Source of the DNA: Vulcanisaeta distributa DSM 14429
GTDB taxonomy: Archaea; Thermoproteota; Thermoprotei; Thermoproteales; Thermocladiaceae
Length of the DNA stretch: 32,000 nt
Assembly: GCF_000148385.1 (NCBI RefSeq)
Contig: NC_014537.1
Span: 630,001-662,000, forward strand
Direction of reading: 5' to 3'
Shown here: positions 27,130 to 32,000 of the stretch, piece by piece
Numbering within the stretch: position 1 is the first letter of the stretch
How the letters are laid out: every line of letters starts with the position of its first letter
Position numbers and translations under genes: made by a program
Notes under the pieces: model-generated
Database searches by the model: none
Seen by the model: the letters and a program-made list of their open reading frames with translations, nothing else
Told to the model about the DNA's origin: nothing

Positions 27130-28235
27130 GGTACAGCGCTGGGAACTTACTGAGTGGTTACAGGCTCGGCGTGGATTCAGTGCACATAGTAGCCATAGCA
27201 AGCCACTCCGCACTTGACGTGTTTGATGGGGCTAAGGATGAGGGCTTTAGGACAGTAGCCGTTTGCCAGAGGGGTAGGGAGACGGCGTACCTCAGGTTTA
27301 AGAGGGTTGTTGACGTACCATTAATACTTGATAAGTACGCCGACGTGGCTAGGGAGGACGTCGTGGGTAAGCTCAGGTCGTTAAACGCCATATTCGTGCC
27401 CAATAGGAGCTTCTCCGTCTACGTGGGCTACGACACGATAGAGGACAGTTTCCCCGTGCCCATATTCGGCAATAGGTACCTGCTCAGGTATGAGGAGAGG
27501 GTTGGGGATAAGACGTACTACAGGATCCTAGATCTTGCGGGAATTAGGAGACCAAGGACCTACGCCTCGCCTGATGACATTGATAGGCCCGTGATGGTTA
27601 AGATGCCCCACGCGAGGAAGAGGGTTGAGAGGGGGTTCTTCGTTGCCGTGGATAGAGAGGATTTCTGGAGGAAGTTTAGGAAGCTCGTTAGTGATGGGGT
27701 GGTGAGTGAGGGTGACCTTAACAGGGCGTCGATTGAGGAGTTAATTGTTGGGGCTCACTTCAACGTTAATTACTTCAGGAGTATCGCAAGGGATGAGGTG
27801 GAGATTCTCAGTATTGACAGGAGAATTCAGACGAACCTTGACGGGCTATTGAGGCTCACGGCTGATGTGCAGTTGGAGATTAGGGACTACCTCGATGTGG
27901 AGATGATCGAGATTGGTCATGAGCCGGCCACCATCAGGGAGAGCGAGCTTAATAGGCTCTTTGAGGTGGGCGATAGGTTCGTCAAGGCCACCGAGGAGGT
28001 TGAGCCGCCGGGTGTCATTGGTCCATTTACACTACAGTTGATAGTTACCTCGGACCTCGATATAGTGGTCTTCGACGTGGCCCTCAGGATTGGTGGTGGC
28101 ACGAACATATACATGGGCGTCGGCAGTCAATATAGTAAGCTATACTTCGGTAGACCCATAAGTATGGGTAGGAGGGTCGCCATGGAGATTAGGGAGTGCC
28201 TTGAGGGTAATTGCTTGGATAGGGTGGTGACTTAG
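27126..28235 (+). CDS. purP: PurP-family ATP-grasp protein (paralogue 2)
   Basis: It has the same motif series in diverged form: [52 protein letters not shown] and ISMGRRVAMEI. Its start overlaps paralogue 1 by ATGA. Confidence 0.85.
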   Translation: MRYSAGNLLSGYRLGVDSVHIVAIASHSALDVFDGAKDEGFRTVAVCQRGRETAYLRFKRVVDVPLILDKYADVAREDVVGKLRSLNAIFVPNRSFSVYVGYDTIEDSFPVPIFGNRYLLRYEERVGDKTYYRILDLAGIRRPRTYASPDDIDRPVMVKMPHARKRVERGFFVAVDREDFWRKFRKLVSDGVVSEGDLNRASIEELIVGAHFNVNYFRSIARDEVEILSIDRRIQTNLDGLLRLTADVQLEIRDYLDVEMIEIGHEPATIRESELNRLFEVGDRFVKATEEVEPPGVIGPFTLQLIVTSDLDIVVFDVALRIGGGTNIYMGVGSQYSKLYFGRPISMGRRVAMEIRECLEGNCLDRVVT

Positions 28236-29767
28236 CCTATTGCATGCCTTATCAACGCCATCTCAACCATGTACTTAACAGCGTCATCCTCCTTACCCTC
28301 AACCAATGAATTAATGAATAATTGAGTCAACAACTCATGCTTTCTACTATCGTAGTCGCTGGGCCCTGTTTTAATGCCCATCTCCTCAAGCGTCTTAATA
28401 TCTCTCTTAACCATGTCAATGACCTCCCTGGTGATCCCAAAGGAATTACCTAATTTCGTGAGCATGTCCAGGCACTCGTGGCATACGTACCTAGCCGCCA
28501 TGCTTAGGTCATGCCTTAGGTTTACATAGGCCTCACTCAACGCTGAATACTCCCTATCACTCAATTCATTAATTGTGGAAACACCCAACACCTCAGGCGG
28601 TATGCCTAACGAATATAGCGCAGCAACGAACGTGATAGCCCTAGGAAGAACCACGCCCCTAAAGCCCCTGCTGTAGCCGAATAGGCCTATGTGCAATTTC
28701 CTGGCTCTCCTCCTAGGTACGTAGTTTGAAACCCTATTTATAACGTTCGCAAGTCCCTCAATCTCCCTTTGGTAATTAACCACGTACTTATTAATTACGT
28801 TAATGAGCACCCCATGGTTAGGAATATCACAGCCACCGTCCGGCTTCCTATTGTTCAGCTTCGAAATGGCGTTAATGACCTCACCCTCTGGGTAGTCGTA
28901 CCTAAATGCCGACTGAACGGTGAAGGTGTGTACGCATGGGTACTCCCTAACGACGTTATCCACGTTGTGTGGCGTTAAGTTGCCCCTAAATGGTGTTGGG
29001 CCAACGCCAATTATTGGGTATATCTCAAGCCCAAGTTCCCTGCCCAGGTTCAACGCCTTATTGAGGGCTATTTTCGCCATGAGGACTGCGGGTATTAAGC
29101 CGTAGTTCATTGCTGGGTCCGACCTGGCTATGAATATCCTAAGGTAGCTCGGCCTAACCACCCTCCAATAACCAATGATTATTTTGCCAACATTAAGCAT
29201 TGAGCCCAGGTCCTCTATGAGGGGTATCACGTCTATTGTGCTCGGCCTAACACTGCCCAGGACATCCATGACCCTGACACCAGGGGTTAACTCAATGAAT
29301 GCCTTACCGGCGACGACCCTCTCGTAATACCTATACGTAAATACGAGTTCCTCGGCCCTCGAGGTTAATGGAAGTATTACCTGGAATACCCCATTAATGT
29401 CATCAGTGCCATAGAACTCCCTGGCCACATCGTAGGCCGTGGGTATTAACTCAAGGGCTTGCGAAAATAGCTTCTTCTCGGCGGTCTCAGCCCAGGGATT
29501 CGGCAACCTAAGTGTCAAATACACGTCCCTGCCTAGGACGTGATCCCTGAAGAAGCCTGGGTACCTACTGAGTAGTTTCCTGACCACGTAGATATCCACG
29601 TCCTTACCCTCGAAGTCCCACATGACCTCATGACAACCATATAGACTGTATGCTAGGTAAGCCTCGTGAACCTCGTCATCCCCCTGGATAATACTATCCC
29701 TAGCCCAGTCAGGTACTCTGGCGTTGTCCGGGTGCTGCGTGCACATGCTCCTTGGAATGAGGTTCAT
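28232..29767 (-). CDS. ppcA: Archaeal-type phosphoenolpyruvate carboxylase (atPEPC)
   Basis: The N-terminal signature IPRSMCTQHPDN is present, and the 511-aa length is typical of atPEPC rather than the ~900-aa bacterial enzyme. Confidence 0.85.
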   Translation of the reverse strand: MNLIPRSMCTQHPDNARVPDWARDSIIQGDDEVHEAYLAYSLYGCHEVMWDFEGKDVDIYVVRKLLSRYPGFFRDHVLGRDVYLTLRLPNPWAETAEKKLFSQALELIPTAYDVAREFYGTDDINGVFQVILPLTSRAEELVFTYRYYERVVAGKAFIELTPGVRVMDVLGSVRPSTIDVIPLIEDLGSMLNVGKIIIGYWRVVRPSYLRIFIARSDPAMNYGLIPAVLMAKIALNKALNLGRELGLEIYPIIGVGPTPFRGNLTPHNVDNVVREYPCVHTFTVQSAFRYDYPEGEVINAISKLNNRKPDGGCDIPNHGVLINVINKYVVNYQREIEGLANVINRVSNYVPRRRARKLHIGLFGYSRGFRGVVLPRAITFVAALYSLGIPPEVLGVSTINELSDREYSALSEAYVNLRHDLSMAARYVCHECLDMLTKLGNSFGITREVIDMVKRDIKTLEEMGIKTGPSDYDSRKHELLTQLFINSLVEGKEDDAVKYMVEMALIRHAIG

Positions 29768-29850
29768 GGCTAGGTGGTTAATGGGGCGCTGCTTAATAAG
29801 TTATACTTATTTTATATAAATTCGTCGATTAAATATATAGAATTAGTCAA

Positions 29851-30774
29851 TTAATGAATGCGAGACACTGGGTAGCTACCCAGTAGCTTCACGTAGACGG
29901 CAACCCTACTCAATTCGTTAAATGCCCTTGAGCACTCCTCATCGGATAATTGGCACTCGGTCTCGAGTAGGAAGTCGTAACCCCAGGGACTACTCCTATT
30001 GGGCCTTGAGTAGATCATTGATAGGTTAATGCCGAACTCCGCAAAGGGCTTCAACGCATTAAATAGGGAACCCGGCCTATTGGGTACTGAGAATATTGCC
30101 AATGTCCTATCCCCCGACCTGTTCATGTGCCTTGAGATCACCAGGAACCTCGTGTAGTTTGGGTTATCCTCAATGCCACAAACCAGTGGTTTAAGCCCGT
30201 AAAGCTCGGCCCCAATCCTAGACGCAATCGCCGCCCTATGCCTATGCCCCTTAATTAGCCTTAGCGCCTCCGAAGTTGATTGCGTATAACTTATTGATGC
30301 ATTTAACCTGGTTATGAAGTTGAGCGCCTCATTAATTGCATGTGGGTGTGAGTAAACCTCCCTAATCTCGCTCAGTTCAACACCATCATTAACCACTAGG
30401 CATAGGGTTACCCTGTGATCAATGGCGTAATTAACATAGACATTCCACCTAACCAGGGCATCCATGGACTCACCAACAACCCCCGCCTGATTATTCTCTA
30501 TGGGTATTACACCGAAGCCATAATCACCCTGGTAAACACCCCTAACCACATCACTTATTGACCTGAGTGGCGTGAGTACCGCCCCCTTACCAAACAATTG
30601 AACTGCAACCTCATGGGAGTAACTACCCTCAGGCCCCAGGTAGGCAATCCTATCATTATTAATTAATAACTCACTCACAAACCTGAGGAGTAACGGATCA
30701 TGAATTGACTGCATAAGCTCCGTAACCCTCACAACACCCCCATACTTAATTAATAAATCCCTCAACCTGCCCAA
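29851..30774 (-). CDS. pheA: Prephenate dehydratase (PDT domain + ACT domain)
   Basis: It has IAYLGPEGSYSHEVA (PDT N-terminus), TRFLVIS, and an ACT region with IYSRPNRSSPWGYDFLLE (ESRP-type motif). The start is uncertain: TTG at 30774 or ATG at 30714. There is no chorismate mutase domain. Confidence 0.85.
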   Translation of the reverse strand: MGRLRDLLIKYGGVVRVTELMQSIHDPLLLRFVSELLINNDRIAYLGPEGSYSHEVAVQLFGKGAVLTPLRSISDVVRGVYQGDYGFGVIPIENNQAGVVGESMDALVRWNVYVNYAIDHRVTLCLVVNDGVELSEIREVYSHPHAINEALNFITRLNASISYTQSTSEALRLIKGHRHRAAIASRIGAELYGLKPLVCGIEDNPNYTRFLVISRHMNRSGDRTLAIFSVPNRPGSLFNALKPFAEFGINLSMIYSRPNRSSPWGYDFLLETECQLSDEECSRAFNELSRVAVYVKLLGSYPVSRIH

Positions 30775-30902
30775 CTCCTCCTCAACCCTAACTATTGCGG
30801 TAATTAGCTCTGAAATTCCTGGTTAACCACGTAATTACCTATTGACTATACTTTATAAATATTACCATGGCATTAACTACTTATTATATTTTCAATCGGC
30901 AA

Positions 30903-32000
30903 TTACCTATAAAGGACGTCCTCGCCTGCGAGCTTAACCATGAGCATGTCCCTAACCCTACCACTTAATGCCCTGAGTAATTCCCTATTGCCAATTATTG
31001 ACTGTAATGAGTATATGCCGGCTGCACCAAGGAGTTGGGCAATCTCCCTCTTAATGCCCGTTAGGAACCTCATTAGCCTAAGCCTAAAGTCCTCAATACT
31101 CTCATAACCATGCAGAGCCCTCTCCACAAAACCGCTTATGATGACCGCATCCGCGCCAAGGGCCACCAACTTAACAATATCACCACTACTCCTAACGCTG
31201 GGCATGTGTATTATCAAGTCCACGTAATCCCTAACACCCCTCCTCCTAAGCTCCAAATCAAGCCTCACCAGGATTGCCTCTGGGTGGTCATCACTAACGT
31301 CAATTATCACGCCACTAAACCGACTAACACCCCTCACCAACTCATTCACCGCATTACTAACCTCATCAACACCTGTGACCTTCAGGTACGTGGGCACGTC
31401 AATGCCAGACCCAACCCGCCCTGCATGATCAATCACAAGCGCGCCCAAGCCATTCACGTACCTATCCCACATAACTCTCATCAAGTGCTTATTATCTGTC
31501 ACGTCCACGCCCTCGAGATCTATCATCACGGAGTTCGCCCTGACCACGAATTTAGCGGCCTTAATGAGGTCATCATCCCAGGTCCTTGGAGGCTTAATTA
31601 TCACTGGCATGGAGAGCCACAGCCTACCGCCGGCGAGTATCGTTGAGACGTCTATGTCCTCCCTATATGGGTCTATGGCTGGCTTCGTGACTTGGGCACC
31701 ATCAAACCTAAGCCAATCAATCAACCTCTTCGGAGGCTCAACCTCAGGGGGTCCATTACTACCCATGCTGACTATGACCACGTCACCGCTCCTCACGAGT
31801 TGTGTCACGTATATTGAGTAGTCAGGGGTCCAGACATCGCCCTTGCTCGTAATATCACCATCACCGGTATCGCAATTTACGCTCTTAATGCCCAGCACCC
31901 TAGCCGTGACCTCATCAATACAGTGACCCCGTAATAGGTCCCTCCTACCCACAAGCCTCCTAACATCGTCAATACCCAGGTGGTCCAGGATTAACCTTAA
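30903..32000 (-). CDS. Hypothetical protein, 5' end outside the window; FMN/TIM-barrel-like C-terminal motif
   Basis: The frame stays open from 31952 to the window edge (...LILDHLGIDDVRRLVGRRDLL...). The motif SSGDIVKLVALGADAVIISG resembles the phosphate-binding strand of FMN-dependent TIM barrels (glutamate-synthase domain 2, alpha-hydroxyacid oxidase type). Other catalytic signatures were not seen. Confidence 0.55.
   Translation of the reverse strand, partial: LRLILDHLGIDDVRRLVGRRDLLRGHCIDEVTARVLGIKSVNCDTGDGDITSKGDVWTPDYSIYVTQLVRSGDVVIVSMGSNGPPEVEPPKRLIDWLRFDGAQVTKPAIDPYREDIDVSTILAGGRLWLSMPVIIKPPRTWDDDLIKAAKFVVRANSVMIDLEGVDVTDNKHLMRVMWDRYVNGLGALVIDHAGRVGSGIDVPTYLKVTGVDEVSNAVNELVRGVSRFSGVIIDVSDDHPEAILVRLDLELRRRGVRDYVDLIIHMPSVRSSGDIVKLVALGADAVIISGFVERALHGYESIEDFRLRLMRFLTGIKREIAQLLGAAGIYSLQSIIGNRELLRALSGRVRDMLMVKLAGEDVLYR

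Noticed and set aside
30775-30822. Possible N-terminal chorismate-mutase extension of pheA (the frame is open upstream of the TTG start)
   Set aside because: Only 16 extra codons precede an in-frame stop, with no ATG or GTG. That is far too short for a ~90-aa chorismate mutase domain.

Overview
This looks like a crenarchaeal chromosome segment, most likely Thermoproteales (Caldivirga/Vulcanisaeta-like). I infer that from a 16S-23S operon with a short tRNA-free spacer, a tRNA with two introns, a CydA/CydA'-type bd oxidase, and TATA boxes about 25 nt upstream of start codons (leaderless genes). Left edge (1-3140, minus strand): the 5' ~1.4 kb of 23S rRNA, a ~58-nt spacer, a complete 16S rRNA, a structured leader and a promoter. 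Next comes an Lhr-type helicase. 6.1-12.7 kb is the most unusual part. It holds a minimal type-IV-pilus/Tad-like core: a FlaI/PilB/VirB11-family ATPase, a TadC/FlaJ-like platform protein and a class-III-signal-peptide pilin. Three different ParA/MinD-family ATPases are interleaved with it, each next to a tiny partner gene. The platform and pilin genes diverge from one shared TATA box flanked by two exact copies of a palindrome-containing 10-mer. 12.7-18.1 kb carries a pterin carbinolamine dehydratase, a hypothetical gene, a tightly coupled pair of a small antitoxin-like protein and a retropepsin-like aspartic protease, and cytochrome bd oxidase CydA plus the CydA-like second subunit. 18.2-25.1 kb looks accessory or defence-like: an EVE/PUA-like protein, an MFS transporter, a single-HKD PLD-family nuclease-like protein, a second EVE/PUA-like protein, a HEPN-MNT pair and a poorly coding AT-rich stretch. 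It ends at the 3' end of a tRNA-Pro(CGG) gene whose two introns sit in good bulge-helix-bulge motifs. 25.4-32 kb is core metabolism: a PRTase-purP-purP operon, archaeal-type PEP carboxylase, prephenate dehydratase and a partial TIM-barrel-like gene running off the window. I saw no CRISPR array, transposase or integrase. All functional calls come from motifs read by eye in the supplied translations; no database search was run.
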